DNA from: Mobula hypostoma | Taxonomy: Eukaryota | Direction: 5' to 3' | DNA length: 64,000 bases | NCBI RefSeq assembly: GCF_963921235.1 | Contig: NC_086097.1 | Span: forward strand, 137,208,001 to 137,272,000 | Shown: positions 1 through 12,843 of the stretch, piece by piece | How the letters are laid out: each line of letters begins with the position of its first letter | How positions within the stretch are numbered: the stretch's first letter is position 1 | The notes under the pieces: generated by a model | Database searches by the model: none | Told to the model about the DNA's origin: nothing | Seen by the model: the letters and a program-made list of their open reading frames with translations, nothing else | Translations under genes and position numbers: made by a program

Positions 1-720
1 ACTCGGTGCTGTAGATCCAGTCGCTGTGGCTTTCCCCTGGAAGGTCATCCCCTCCAACAGTATTCAAAGCACTATATTGAGGGGAACGGCCGCAGGGGAA
101 ATCTGCACTGTACGTGTTATTGAGGGGAACGGCCACAGGGGAGATCCGCACTTTCTGCCCGTTTCCTTTCCCTCTCCTGGCAATCACACAGCTGCCTGCC
201 TCCTTCAGCTTAGGTGTGACTGTTTTTTGGTCTCTCAGCCCCTCAGCCACCTGAATGAACCACAGGTCATCCAGCTCCAGGTCCAGTTCCCTAACCCAAT
301 CTGTAAGGAGTTGCAGCTGGATGCACTTCTCACAGGTGTAGTCAGAGACACTGGAGGTCTCCCTGACTAGCCACATCGCGTAGAGGAGAACACCACTGCT
401 CTGGGTCCATTCTCATTGCTCTACCTATGCAGTAATAAAGAAAGAGAAGTTGACAGAAACCTGACACAAGCCTCTGCCGCTTCTGGCCGAAGACTCAGTT
501 CCCCATTCTAACCATGTCCGCTCACACAGTGGCCGCTCCCACAATTACTTCAACCTAACTTCTTTTTTATTAACCCTTGCCAATTGCCGATTTACCCGAT
601 CAATTTAAAATGGAGCGGAAAGTCCTGACAGGCCCAGCTATTTAAAGCTCCCGCTTCTGGTGACAAGTAACAGCTCCTGAACAGAAAGTCCCGACAGGCC
701 CTTATGACTTCAGATGATAG
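1..720 (-). mobile_element. Degraded CR1 LINE 5'UTR/ORF1 N-terminal region
   Basis: Minus strand resembles the CR1 ORF1 start (C-x2-C followed by IQLQLL-like coiled region), with repeated gaaagtcc(c/t)gacaggccc UTR units. Confidence 0.45.
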
Positions 721-1641
721 GAAGGTGAGGAGGTTTAAAAATGAATGGTTGTTGGTCTGCACGGACTCACTAGGCCAGATGACACTCACTATGTAAATGT
801 GATCAATAGGCACTGTACAGTGAAAAGTTTTAAATTCTTAATATCTCGGGGTGTTGGAAATACGTCTTGAGATGAATAAATGGAAGAGCCATTACAGGTG
901 CATCAAAGAGTGGGGAGGGGTTTCATGGCAACTACATAATTCACTCGAGCAACGTGTATTATTGTTACAGGTGAAGGAAAAATGAAGGAAAATACTTTTG
1001 CCCATTTCAAAAAAAATCAAAAGCTGAGAGATGTACATTAAATTCATCACATCTGACAGTAACTACCTGAAAAAAAAATGTTGAATTCGCCACAGCCAAT
1101 TCTCCAGAAGTTCTCCACAGCCATAAATTGAAGTTCAGCGTGTCCCTGCATGTGCAGAGCTCATTCCAAAGAGGGCTTTGTGTCAGGAACGATCACACGG
1201 AGAGCCTGGGTCATGAAGGTCATCAGCTCATCCCCCTGTCAACCTCAGTTTCTCAAAGCCCAGATGCCCCATCATGCACACCATCACATTCTCAACCCAG
1301 CTCTCTGATAGTGATCAGGAGCACTAACCTTGGTATTTCAATTTTACCCTAAATAGCCTCACAGCACTGAAGTTCCTGCTTTGATAGACTCATCATCATT
1401 TCAGCCTGCTTTGGAAATTAACCTGTACCATGTTACTCTGCTCTTCAGGGACCTTACTTGACAAAGCCAATTTATTCCTCCTCCTCCAGGGTCTGCTTCT
1501 TCCACTTCTTTCCCTATTATTTCTTTTTCGGACCATAAGATATAGGAGCAGTATTGGCCATCCAGCCCATCGAATCTGTTCTGCAATTTCATTATGCCTC
1601 ATTTACTATCCCTCATCCTCAACCAGCAGCAAAAGATCAGC

Positions 1642-1818
1642 TTGTCGTTATTGTTGTTCCTTCTGGTACATCGGGCGGCATTTTTGGCTGCTTTTTACGA
1701 AGCCGATTTGGTAGCTCGACGCTCAACCCAGCGTGGATGGAAAGCGCGCTGGCCAGATTTGAACCTGGGATCACTCGCCTGAAAGTCCGGTGCTGGTCCC
1801 ACTACAGTACCGGCCAGC
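1642..1818 (-). mobile_element. tRNA-derived SINE
   Basis: Minus strand GGCCGGT...TAGTGG...CCAGGTTCAAATCTGGCC tRNA-like head with A/B-box-like motifs, and an (AAC)n-like tail. Confidence 0.6.
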
Positions 1819-3574
1819 ACAAAGATGAGCTTATTGGCTCAATATTTCTTGATGCTTTGTGGGTGGGATTGTGTTGTGCATGGGGAACAATCATTATAAA
1901 ATAGCCCTTTCACAAATTCATTCCCGAGGTGTTGACTCTGGTCCTCATTCGCTGTCATCGGCAAGTCCTGGCTCGATACTGAAGACTGGAGCCCGATCGT
2001 CAATTGGAAGTCCAGAACTTGAATCCTGTTGGCTGGAGCCCCGAGTCTGTGAATTTCTGCGAGTCCTCTGGAGAAGCTGAAGACCCAATGTGTGGCAAAT
2101 CCGAAAGTTCACCGGATTCTGGAGGCCAAAGACGGCCTGTCCTGGGGTTAGAGGACCTGGGTAGGTGCGTGGTATCTTGCTGCCTAGCATGTTCTGTTTG
2201 GTTGTGTTGTGCCATTATCAGACCGATTGTGAGAATGCGGCGAGTGCACATGTAGCCGATCGATCAAATGGTGAATCGACTGGACTCCTACGTGTAGGAG
2301 ACACTCTCGTTAGGGCCGGAGATTTCGAGTGCATATCTTTTTGGCTCAGCAGGCCCAGTTCCTTGCTCCCACACTGTAAGTTACCCAGCGTGCACTATTA
2401 CTGTCATCACTCAGTAAAAACGTTCAATCACAGTGTTCATTGTTGTTCTTGCTCCACACACACATGGCAGACTTGTCGCTTGGTACTTTCTATTCTGTTT
2501 TGTTTCTGTGTTGTTCTGCTCGCTATGGTAGGCTGGAATGTGTGGCGACACTTGTGAGGTGCCCACAGCATATCCCTAGGTGAGCTGCCTGCTAATGCAA
2601 ATAATGTGTTTCAGGATACATGTAATAAAACAAGTCTGAATCTGAACTCCACTGGGCTAGATGACAACATGAAAAGCCAAGCCTTTTCTTTAATGGCAAA
2701 TCAAATGTCTCACAGGTGTAGGGGAGAACTGGCAAAGAGCCAATGAACCTTGCCCATCCACATCCCACTTGTACATGCTATCTTCTCAGCCAAGACAAGT
2801 CCACCAAGTATTGCCATGATTTGTAAGGGGAGGGGTAAGAGAGTGAGTCAAGGAGGGAGGGGCAGAGAAATTTTCTTCAACCTTGACCAACAACAGAGTG
2901 AATGATATTTTCATCAAGTCCATCTGAAATTAAAAGCCTTGGGAGTTAATGTTACTTTTGCCCTTAGTTTGATGTTTATTCATCTTTGAGATCATATCAG
3001 GCAAGGTGTAAAACCTAGATTGATTGAAATTCCCTTCTCCACAATTGCAGGGCTATTATGTGGAGCGTAGTAAGTCCCCCCTTGCCCCAGACCTGCTGGG
3101 TAAGTAGGGAATTTACACTATTTTCGATCATTGCACAAAAACAGAGTGTCACCTGGTTGCAGAAGTAGTTTTTCATATTAAGAAATCCCACAAATTTTGC
3201 TTTGAATGAAAACCTGGATTTACTATGCCAAGTGGACTGTTATTTAAATCAATGCAAGCTGCAGTAGATGGGGGAGAAAAAAACGTCACTAGCAGTCCAG
3301 CTGCCTAGAAACAGCAATGCTGCAGACTTCATTGCATCAGCGACTTTGATGGCGACTATCGTACGTTCCAACAGTGCAGCCTCAATAAGCCATTGGCAAG
3401 TGAACACTGAGTGCCACTGGGAACTGAATTTGGTGTAGCTGTCAGCAGACAGCACTCTTGGCTCAGAGTCAGAACTATGTGATTTTCAACGGGCAATGAC
3501 GTAAAACCACAATGGTTTGACGGTTCACATTCAGAAACTGGAATACCATGCCAGACCAACACTGGAGGGATTCA

Positions 3575-3885
3575 GCAGAGCAGCTGTCTCACAGCTTCAA
3601 AGAACTTTGGGTCTGATCCTTTCCCTGGGTGCTGTCTGAGTGGAGTTTGCAGGTTCTCCTTGGGTCTTCATCAGGATCATAGGTTTCCTCCCATATCTCA
3701 AACGTACAGTGATTGGTAGGTTACTAGGTTGCTGCAAATTGCTCCGAGCGAGTGGTAGAATCTGACGGGTGTTGATGGGAGTGTGGGGAGAATAAAATGG
3801 CCTAGGGTAGGATTAGTATAAAACTGTGTGCTTGCTGGTCAGCACAGATACAATGCACTAAAGGCTCTGCTTCCGTGATGTACGA
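3575..3885 (+). mobile_element. V-SINE/HE1-like SINE (degraded); relatives near 10330-10600, 48020-48240 and 63920-64000
   Basis: GTGGAGTTTGCA..TTCTCC...GGTTTCCTCCCA central V-domain-like motif. Confidence 0.55.
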
Positions 3886-6739
3886 ATATTAGTGCTACAC
3901 TGTCAATGGGATGCCATTAAAATGGTATCCTGACTGCCCTCCCTCTCTGATGGCCACTGAAGACCACATAGTTCTATTTCGTAATGTTCATGCATAGTCC
4001 CTTGTCCAATATTTTGCCCAACACTAAATATTATTGGAGTCAAAGAGTCATGCGGCACAGAACCAGGCCCTTCAGCCCTTTGTTATCATTTTGTAGCTAC
4101 CAACATCAGTCCCTTTTACTCACATTAGGTCCACAGCCTTTATTGTTGGGTGTTACATTAACTGATGTGTCCAATGAATTGTTTTTCCTGCAGCGCTGGC
4201 TATTCTTCAGGTGTCTTCCTTTGCCAGCTAGAGATTTTGGTGTGGAAGTCCAAATCAGATCACATTTTAACACTGACACATGTGGTTTGGCAGCAGACAT
4301 AAAAATTACTATGAACAGCGAAAATAAACAAATAGTGCAAAGGAGGGATGACCCGATAGCAGAGGGGAAGAAGCTGCTTCTAAAGCGGTGAGTGCGGTTC
4401 TTCAGGCTCCTGGATCCCCTCCCAGAACCTGACAAGAGGAGGCCATGATCCAGATTGTGAGGGTCCTTAATGAAGAAAGTCAGCTTCTTGACTCACCACC
4501 TCTGGAGGTTGTCCCTGATGGTGGGGAGGGCTGTGTTTGTGATGCAGAGTCTGCAGTCTCTCTCACTCCTGCACGTTGGAGCTTCCTCGCCAAACTATGA
4601 TGCAACCAGTCAGAGTACTCTCCATCGAACATCCAGAGCAATTTACAAGAGTCTTTGATGGCATACAAAATCCCCTCTAACTGCTAAGGAAGGGGAGCTA
4701 TTGGTGTACCTTATTCACAATTGCATCAGTGTTGGGCCCAAAGTAAATCTTCGGAGATGTTGACAGCCGGAAGCTTGAAGCTGCTCACCCTTTCCACCAC
4801 TGACCCAAAACAAGAACTGGTGTGTGTTCCCCCAACTTACCCTGCATGAGTCTCTTTGACAGTGAGTGTGAGGTTGTAATATTATTTTTTATTTTTTAAT
4901 TTTTCATTCTTTCTACTTCTCTTCTAACATTTGAATATCTGTGCACTTGTAGTGCTACTGTCACACTGATTTCCTTTGGGGTCAACTGAGTCTATCTAAC
5001 CAGGTGACCGACCTTGCTCTGGTGCGCCTCCTTCTGGCCATCTGAAACTTTGCCAACAGCGTCTGAAAACAAAACGGGAAATCCTGGGATCAAGCAGCAT
5101 TTTGTGAAGCAAGAAGCATTTTCTGATCCACATCAGAGTCAGAAGGCTTTGAGAAATGAACAGATTTTAAAATGGTACAAAGTTCAGGGCAAACGAGGAC
5201 GAAAGAACAAATGGGAAGGTCGCCGAGAGGTGGGAGGATGGGTGTTGGCAGTGGTGTAAGAGGTGTTGTTGCTGACTGCAGAATCACAGCTGACATTTAC
5301 TGTTTTGTATGCCGGGAACAAGAGCGATGATGTCGTGGTAGGATTAAGCACTTTTACTGAGCTATGTTAGCTACGATACACGCTGGGCAGCCTGTGGTGT
5401 TGCAGTGATGATTCAGACCCGCTAAGATGAAAGACGTGTGCACTTGAAAGCTTGCGCTAAAAGAGAGAGACTTCCATGCATAGGAGGACCAGTCGGGTCA
5501 CAGTCCAACCACTCAGCAGGGGGCACTTGCCAGACTCTTGCACTCAGTCCTATATGGTTCACTTGCTGATCGGGAAAATGGAAAATATTCCTAACGGTGG
5601 CAGTGTTACTAATTGTTTTCCATCTGTTGCATTTGCATTGATTTACTGAGCACTCGTTCTGACAGGTTCTTGTCATCAGAACAACCTCCTGGAGGAACAC
5701 AACGGGTCCTGCATCAGGACCAAGAATAGAGAGGGGAGATTGACGGTACATTATACAGAGGGGAGGGAGAAGAGGTGAGACAGGGGCTGGTGGGTGATAG
5801 ATGGACTGAGGGTGAGGGATGATAGACAGATGGGGCCAGGTTGGGGTGGGGGGAAGTCAGGGTAGAGGTGGAGACAGAGGCTGGAAGGTGATAAACAAGG
5901 ATCCAAAGTCTACTACCTATAGAATCCGATTCCAGTAAAGAAGGTGATGATGGGAAAGATTGAGGGGAAAGATGTGTGTGCATGATATATGTGTTACTGT
6001 GTGGGAGAGAAAGGTGAGTGCTTGAGTTGGGGAAGGAGTGAAGATAGACTATTTTTAAAGAGGGGATTCCATTCTGATCAGTATTTCCATAAGCTGATGC
6101 AGAATCCATATGTACTGTATCTGTCAAAACCTGTGGAGGTCTGCAGCAGATAAAGACCATTTGTTGATAATATTTTGGTGTGTATGCTCCTTGCCAGCCT
6201 CCTTACACCTCATTCCATCTCTCCCCATCCCCATAACTTCGACTCCTCTCTCTCTTGTAGCAGTGACTTCAATATTATTCCCACCCTCTGGCCGAAGGAG
6301 TTTCACTTGAGCTCCCGGTAAGTAGTGACCACCTCACTTATTTCCCTTGTTTTGGTCTCCCCTGCACTGAACACATGTTCTCAACTCTGTCATGGACCTT
6401 CACTGTGGAAAGAGCTCTGCCAGACTTCTCCTTTCCCAGAGCCTTGACATGTTGAGTCTTTCCCAGGAGTTATATCCTCCCTGTTACTATATTTTCCTTT
6501 ATATTGTGTAAAGTTGGAGTTTTATAGATGTAGCAATGAATGTCATCTTCCCGGAGAGGGGAGGGGGATCTCACTGAAACCCGCTGAAAACAGACAGGAG
6601 TGGATAGAGTGGATGTGGAGAGGACATTTCCATTATAGTGAGTCTAGTGTCTGAGAGCAGAGACTCAGAATAATGACACGTCCCTTTAAAACTGAAACGA
6701 GAAGGGAACTCTTCAGGTGGAGGGTGTTCTACTGTTTAA

Positions 6740-9045
6740 GAAAGGCCCTAAAAGTAAATCAGGTCATTATAGGCCAGTGAGCCTGACATCAGTAGTGGGA
6801 AAGTAATCGGAAGTATTCTCAGGGACTGGATATATGAGTATTTGGATAAATATGGACTAATTAGGGATAGCGTGGCTTTGTGCATGGTAGGTCATGTTTA
6901 ACCAATCTTATAGAGTTTTTCAAGGATGTTACCAGGAAAGTTGATGAAGGCAAGGTTCTGGATGTTGTCTACATGGACTTTAGCAAGGAATTTCACAAGT
7001 TCCCGCATGGTTCAGTTGCTTGGCATTTAAGAAGAGGTAGTAAATTGGATTAGACAGTGACTTTGTGGGAGAAGCCAGAGAGTGGTAGTGGATAGTCATA
7101 GTCATAGTCATACTTTATTGATACCGGGAGAAATTGCTTTTCGGTACAGTTGCACCATAAATAATAAATAGTAATAAAACCATAAATAGTTAAATAGTAA
7201 TATGTAAAATATGCCAGGAAATAAGTCCAGGACCAGCCTATTGGCTCAGGATGTCTGACCCTCCAAGGGAGGAGTTGTAAAGTTTGATGGCCACAGGCAG
7301 GAATGACTTCCTATGACGCTCTGTGCTGCATCTCGGAGGAATGAGTCTCTGGCTGAATGTACTCCTGTGCCCAACCAGTACATTATGTAGTGGATGGGAG
7401 ACATTGTCCAAGATGGCATGCAACTTAGACAGCATCCTCTTTTCAGACACTACCCTCAGAGAGTCCAGTTCCACCCCCACAACATCACTGGCCTTCCGAA
7501 TGAGTTAGTTGATTTTGTTGGTGTCTGCTACCCTCAGCCTGCTGCCCCAGCACACAACAGCAAACATGATAGCACTGGCCACCACAGACTCGTAGAACAT
7601 CCTCAGCATCGTCTGGCAGATGTTAAAGGACCTCAGTCTCCTCAGGAAATAGAGACGGCTCTGACCCTTCTTGTAGACAGCCTCAGTGTTCTTAGACCAG
7701 TCCAGTTTATTGTCAATTCATATCCCCAGGTATTTGTAATCCTCCACCATGTCCACACTGACCCCCTGGATGGAAACAGGGGTCACCGGTACCTTAGCTC
7801 TCCTCAGGTCTACCACCAGCTCCTTAGTCTTTTTCACATTAAGCTGCAGATAATTCTGCTCACACCATGTGACAAAGTTTCCTACCGTAGCCCTGTACTC
7901 AGCCTCATCTCACTTGCTGATGCATCCAATTATGGCAGAGTCATCAGAAAACTTCTGAAGATGACAAGACTCTGTGCAGTAGTTGAAGTCCGAGGTGTAA
8001 ATGGTGAAGAGAAGGGGAGAGAAGACAGTCCCCTGTGGAGCCCCAGTGATGGTTGCTTCTCTGACTGGAGGCCTGTGACTAGTGGAGTGCCGCAGGGATT
8101 AGTTCTAGGTCTGTTGTTTGTCATCTATATCAATGATCTGGAAGATTATGTGATAAACTGGATCATCAAATTTGCAGATGGCATCAAGATTGGGGGTGTT
8201 GTGGACTGTGAGGAAGCCTATCATGGCTTGCAGCGGGATCTGGGCCAGCTGGAAAAATGGGCTGAAAAATGGCAGATGAAATTTAATGCAGACAAGTGCG
8301 AGGTGTTACACTTTGGTAGGACCAACAAGGGCTGGTCTTACACAGTAGGGCACTGAGAAGAGAAGAAAGAAATCTGGGAATACAGGTCCATAATTCATTG
8401 AAAGAGGTGGCACAGGTAGTTAGGGTCATAAAGAAAGCGTTTGGCACATTGGCCTTCATAAATCAAAGCATTGTGTACAAGAGATGGGATGTTATGTTGA
8501 AGTTGTATAAGACGTTGATGAGGCCTAATTTGGAGTATAGTGTGTAAATTTGGTTTCCACCCTCTCAAGGTTGAAGGAGTGCAGAGAAAACTTAAAAGGA
8601 TGTTGCCAGGAGTGAAGGACCTGAAATATAAGGAAAGATTGAATAGATTAGGACTTTATTTTGTGGAATGTAGATTGAGGGCAGACTTGATAGAGGCATA
8701 CAAAATTATGAGAGGTATTAATAGGATAAATGCAAGCAGACTTTTTCCGCTAAGGTTGAGTGAGACTACATCTAGAGGTCATGGACTAAAGGTGAAACGA
8801 TTAAGGGGAACTTGAGGGAAACTTCTTCACTCAGAGGGTTGTGAGAGTGTGGAATGAGCTGCCAGCACGTATTGCATGAGAGCTCAATTTCAACCTTTAA
8901 GAGAAGTTTAGATAGGTACATAGATGGCAGGGGAGTGGAGGGCTACATCTGGGTGGAGGTTGATGGTAAGTAGTTTAGATGGTTCAGCATGAACTAGATG
9001 GACCAAAGGGCCTGTTTCTGTACTGTACATTTTTATGATTCTATA
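6740..9045 (+). mobile_element. CR1 LINE ORF2 (RT) 3' part, degraded and split by a Rex1 insertion
   Basis: SDWRPVTSGVPQGLVLG, YINDL, KFADGIK and WAEKWQMKFN motifs; similar to the intact copy at 54.5 kb. Confidence 0.85.
7094..8047 (-). mobile_element. Rex1/Babar-type LINE, 5'-truncated, inserted in CR1
   Basis: Minus-strand RT motifs (GAPQGTV.SPFLF, KFSDDSAI), C-terminus RHRKSFLPVAIKLYN, AATAAA and (ACTATG)n tail; the host CR1 resumes at 8048. Confidence 0.85.
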
Positions 9046-9671
9046 TTTTTAAAAAAATCAGCCATGACTGAATTGCAGAGCAGACCAAATGGGCTAAATG
9101 TCCTAATTCTACTCTTTTATCATACAGTCTAAGGTCTGACTACGTAAAAGTAAACTACCACAAAACTGCTGGCTTTCCATGAAGTCCTATAGGGGAGGTA
9201 ATCTGTCACTTGGTACCCTATGTGTGACTCCAGAGCCATAACAATGGAATGACTCACAGCTGAACTCAACCACCTTCACCAAAATAATAAGCAGCTCATA
9301 TCACCTTCCCAAGGGCAACTGGAAATGGGCAATAAATTCCAACCTGCTCATTTCCAATAAGTGGATGTGCAGTCAGCAATACTTTAGAGGCGATGAGCAT
9401 AGACCGCCAGAATTCCATCACAGTCGGGAATGTGATGGTGAGAGGTCTTCCTCACTGTAGGAGTGGGACGGTTGCCTCCTTCTTCCGCACAAGGGGGAGC
9501 CAGACCAAGGGCTTGGATCAGCATTGAAATTTAGATTATTTTCACTTGAGTTTGGAACAATGTTTCAAGCCTGGTTGATATAAAATTTAATTTTAGAAGA
9601 TTGGGGAATACATGACTAGATGCCAATGGAGTATAAAAGTATATAATGAATTAGTGATATATCACTATCTA

Positions 9672-10302
9672 TTTAGATTAGATTATGAAGACACGTAGTC
9701 CTCTTTTATTGTCATTTAGTAATGCATGCATTAAGAAATGATACAATATTTCCTCCAGTGTGATATCACAAAACACAGGACAGACCAAGACTAAAAAAAA
9801 CTGACAAAACCACATAATTATAACATATAGTTACAACAGTGCAACAATACCATAACTTGATGAAGAAGTCCATGAGCACAGTAAAGTTCAAAGTTTCTCA
9901 AATGTCCCACATCTCACGCGGACGGGAGAAGGAAGAAAAACTCTCCCTGCCATGCCGACTACAATCCGACTCTGAGTCATCCGAAAACTTCGAGCTCTGA
10001 TCAGCTCTCCATCATCGAGTACTGAGCACCATCTCTGTCCGAACGATTCGACCTCCTTCCTGGTTGCCAAAAGCAGGCAAGGCCGGGGATTTTGAGGCCT
10101 ACCCTCTGAAAGATTCCCGACCACGCAGTAACGACAGCAGCGAACGAGCGTTTCAGAAATTTCTCCAGATGTTCCTCTGTGCTTTCACGTCCATTCTCCA
10201 TCAAATCAGAATTGTCCACAGCCCCTATTTAACAGATACGATATCATTTTTCATCGGAGGGCTGCGCACGCGCAGGCGCGCCGCCATCTTCTCCTCGCTC
10301 CC
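9672..10302 (-). mobile_element. ~640-bp non-autonomous retroelement (AAGATGGCG head, (AATCT)n tail), copy 1
   Basis: Near-identical reverse complement of 24912-25560. Confidence 0.8.
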
Positions 10303-10607
10303 ATCTAGATTACAAGAATGAATTCTCCACCATGCTCACTGCTCCAGAGGCCTAGGTTTGATCCTGGCCTCCAGTGCTCCCTGTGTGGGGTCTGCACATG
10401 TGACTGCATAGGTTTTCTCTGGTTTCCTCCTGCATCCCAAAGGCCTGTGTCATTTGGCTGCTGTAGATTGCTCCGAGGTGAGGGGTAGTATCCAATGGGT
10501 GTTGGTGGGAAGGTCTGGAGAATACAAGTCGGTGTAATGTGGCATCAGTGCCAATAACCTACCAATCTCAGTGGGCCAGACGGCCTGTATCCTTGCTGTA
10601 TCTAGAA

Positions 10608-11204
10608 TGGTGGTTCTCAACCTCCGGGCTGTGAAGCATGTAAAGGTGCAGCGGTAGCTGGAGCACACCCAGCACATCTTTAAGAAAAGAGCCGAAATAA
10701 ACAAGCTAATTAATTAGGTGCCTCCCAGAAGCCAGTCTTCATTAGAGGAACTGAGGTGAAGAGGGTCAATAATTTTAAATTCTTCGGCATTAAGGATCGA
10801 CGTTTCTCTCTCCAAAAAGTGTCAGAGGATCTGTCCTGGGACCAGCATGTAACTGTCATTACAAAGAAAGCACGGCAGCGCCTATACTTTTTCAGAAGTT
10901 TGTGTAGGTTCAACATGTCACCTCGATCCTGACAGCCCTGTCTTTTCAGCCTGTCTGGGCTGGTGTTTAAATTGACCAAACAATGGAACAGCTAAAGGTT
11001 CCAGCGCCCTGGAAAGAGGAGTGAATATTGCGTAGAGCTAGTGAAATCGGCAATCGCCTCTGATCTGGGCCAACATTTACATGCCGGGCGGCACCTAAAT
11101 AATTAGCTTGTTTATTTCAGCTTTTTTCTTCAAGATGTGCTGGGTGCGCTCCAGCTACTGCTGCACCCCTGCATGCTTTGCGGCCCGGAGGTTGGAGACC
11201 ACTG
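10608..11204. mobile_element. hAT-Charlie-type MITE with ~115-bp TIRs
   Basis: TIRs 10608-10722 and 11090-11204 (right end GGTTGGAGACCACTG); 8-bp TSD ATCTAGAA at 10600-10607 and 11205-11212. Confidence 0.9.
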
Positions 11205-12601
11205 ATCTAGAAGATTTGATCACCAGAGTATGAATTTGCATCTGCCCTTCATTAACTTAGCTCCCTCCCGTAAGCACCTTGATTCCCATTTTGTGGCATA
11301 CATCCTCCAAAGTCCTACCCCTCTCAATCTCTGCAACCTTCTCCATACCCATAATCTTCCGAGAACTCCACACTCCTCCTATCTTACACTCTCCTGAGTT
11401 TAATTGCCCCATCCGGGGTAAGGAAACCAGAGCTCTGTAGTTCCCCTTGCACCTGTATACATCACTTTCTTCCTTCAGGGTGCCCCTTAATACCGCCACC
11501 TTCCGTATTTGGGCTTTGTCCTGTCAGTTGGTATCTATCAATACCTGCAGCTCTTAACTGCAATGTTGTGAAACAGAATATAAAGAGATGTTTGTGGAGA
11601 AATAGCCCCATCTGTTGATCGTAAGTGGTAATGTTCTGGAGAAGACAAGATTTTTAGCTTCTCCAGGAGGTTACCGAACCAGCCACTAAAATGCTTCCCA
11701 TTCTTCTGTCTCAGCTACATACCTCCCCACACAAACAGCGTAAACCACTGTTTTTACAACACATAGTAAAGCTACAAGCAGATTTTATCCAATAAAACAT
11801 AAAAAGATGATACACAGTCTCACCACATATACTTGCCTCCTGGCATTGCCATCTGCGATTCCTACATGCCTGTGATCATCTGGTCGAAAACCAGGGCTGA
11901 TATCTCTGGCCCTCCTCGCCCTTGTGCTGGGTAGTAGCATCTCAGCTGTGACTATGTGTCAGGTGGGCCAACTCTGGAAGACCCATGACAGAATGCAAAG
12001 TTTGGGGAAGAGATTTATCTTCTGTCACAAATGGAAGATTTTTTTTAAATGTTACTTACATTCAGACACATTAAAAGACTCCTGTTCTGGTGTCTTAAAT
12101 CTCCCATGTCTGATGGCCTCATTGTTTGGCAGCTGTGGCCCAGAGTTTTGGATGTCCTTCTAGCTTTATCTCCTTTACAATGACCTGTAGAATCCACTGC
12201 ATATCTTTGAGCAAGCTCTCATGAGCTGCATTTATTTCCCTTCTGTGACCTGGTGTCATATTTGGGTTGATAACTATCTTGGAGTGCCTCATACATTGGC
12301 AAGTCCTCTATCATCAAAGTAGTTGTTGATCAAAAGGGCAAACATCACAAGGGAATATATGAAGTCCAGCACTGGCACCGGGTACAGTATTGCCTTTTGG
12401 TTTTGTCAGAGTGCTTCAGAAACTGGATGAATAGAGGCTTGGTCCAAAGATCACAACAAACAGTCCTAATCCCACCTCAGACACAAAAGAGTTTAAATTC
12501 AGTTAATCAAATAAATCAGATTTTTTAAAATTAAGAAGCTCATGTATGTAAATAATACTTTCAGTTTACTAAAGTGTTTCGGGGGACAAAATCTACCATC
12601 C

Positions 12602-12843
12602 TGTGGTAAACCATGTATATAGGTTGTAACTGGGTTACCTGTCTGGACATGCCTGGACACGACCCTCTGCTGACTGCTCCTGTGGCTCCTCCCACAGACC
12701 CCTGAATAAAGGCCATTGTGTCACTGCTCCTCCCTCAGTCCCAGACAGATATTCAGTATGGACGTGGGTCCATTTTACTGTTAATAAAAGCCTTTCAATA
12801 TTTACTCTACTTCCAGTCTTTTGGAGTAATTGATAGTGTATCA
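12602..12843 (+). mobile_element. Gypsy solo LTR (same family as 59659-59839)
   Basis: TG...CA termini, 5-bp TSD CATCC (12597-12601 and 12844-12848), AATAAA, homologous to the LTR preceding gag at 59.7 kb. Confidence 0.9.

Noticed and set aside
1745..1818. tRNA gene (TTC anticodon-like loop)
   Set aside because: The cloverleaf is imperfect and continues into a SINE body with a simple-repeat tail.
5320..5420. C/D-box-like motifs (GATGA...CTGA)
   Set aside because: The spacing is too short, the C box is non-canonical, and no guide complementarity was recognised.
7394..8356. 320-aa ORF suggesting a novel RT fusion
   Set aside because: It is a chance read-through from the antisense strand of a Rex1 insertion into the flanking CR1 RT frame.
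12060..12185. Minus-strand exon-like segment (ctacag...gtaagt)
   Set aside because: One frame is open but gives no recognisable protein and I found no partner exons.
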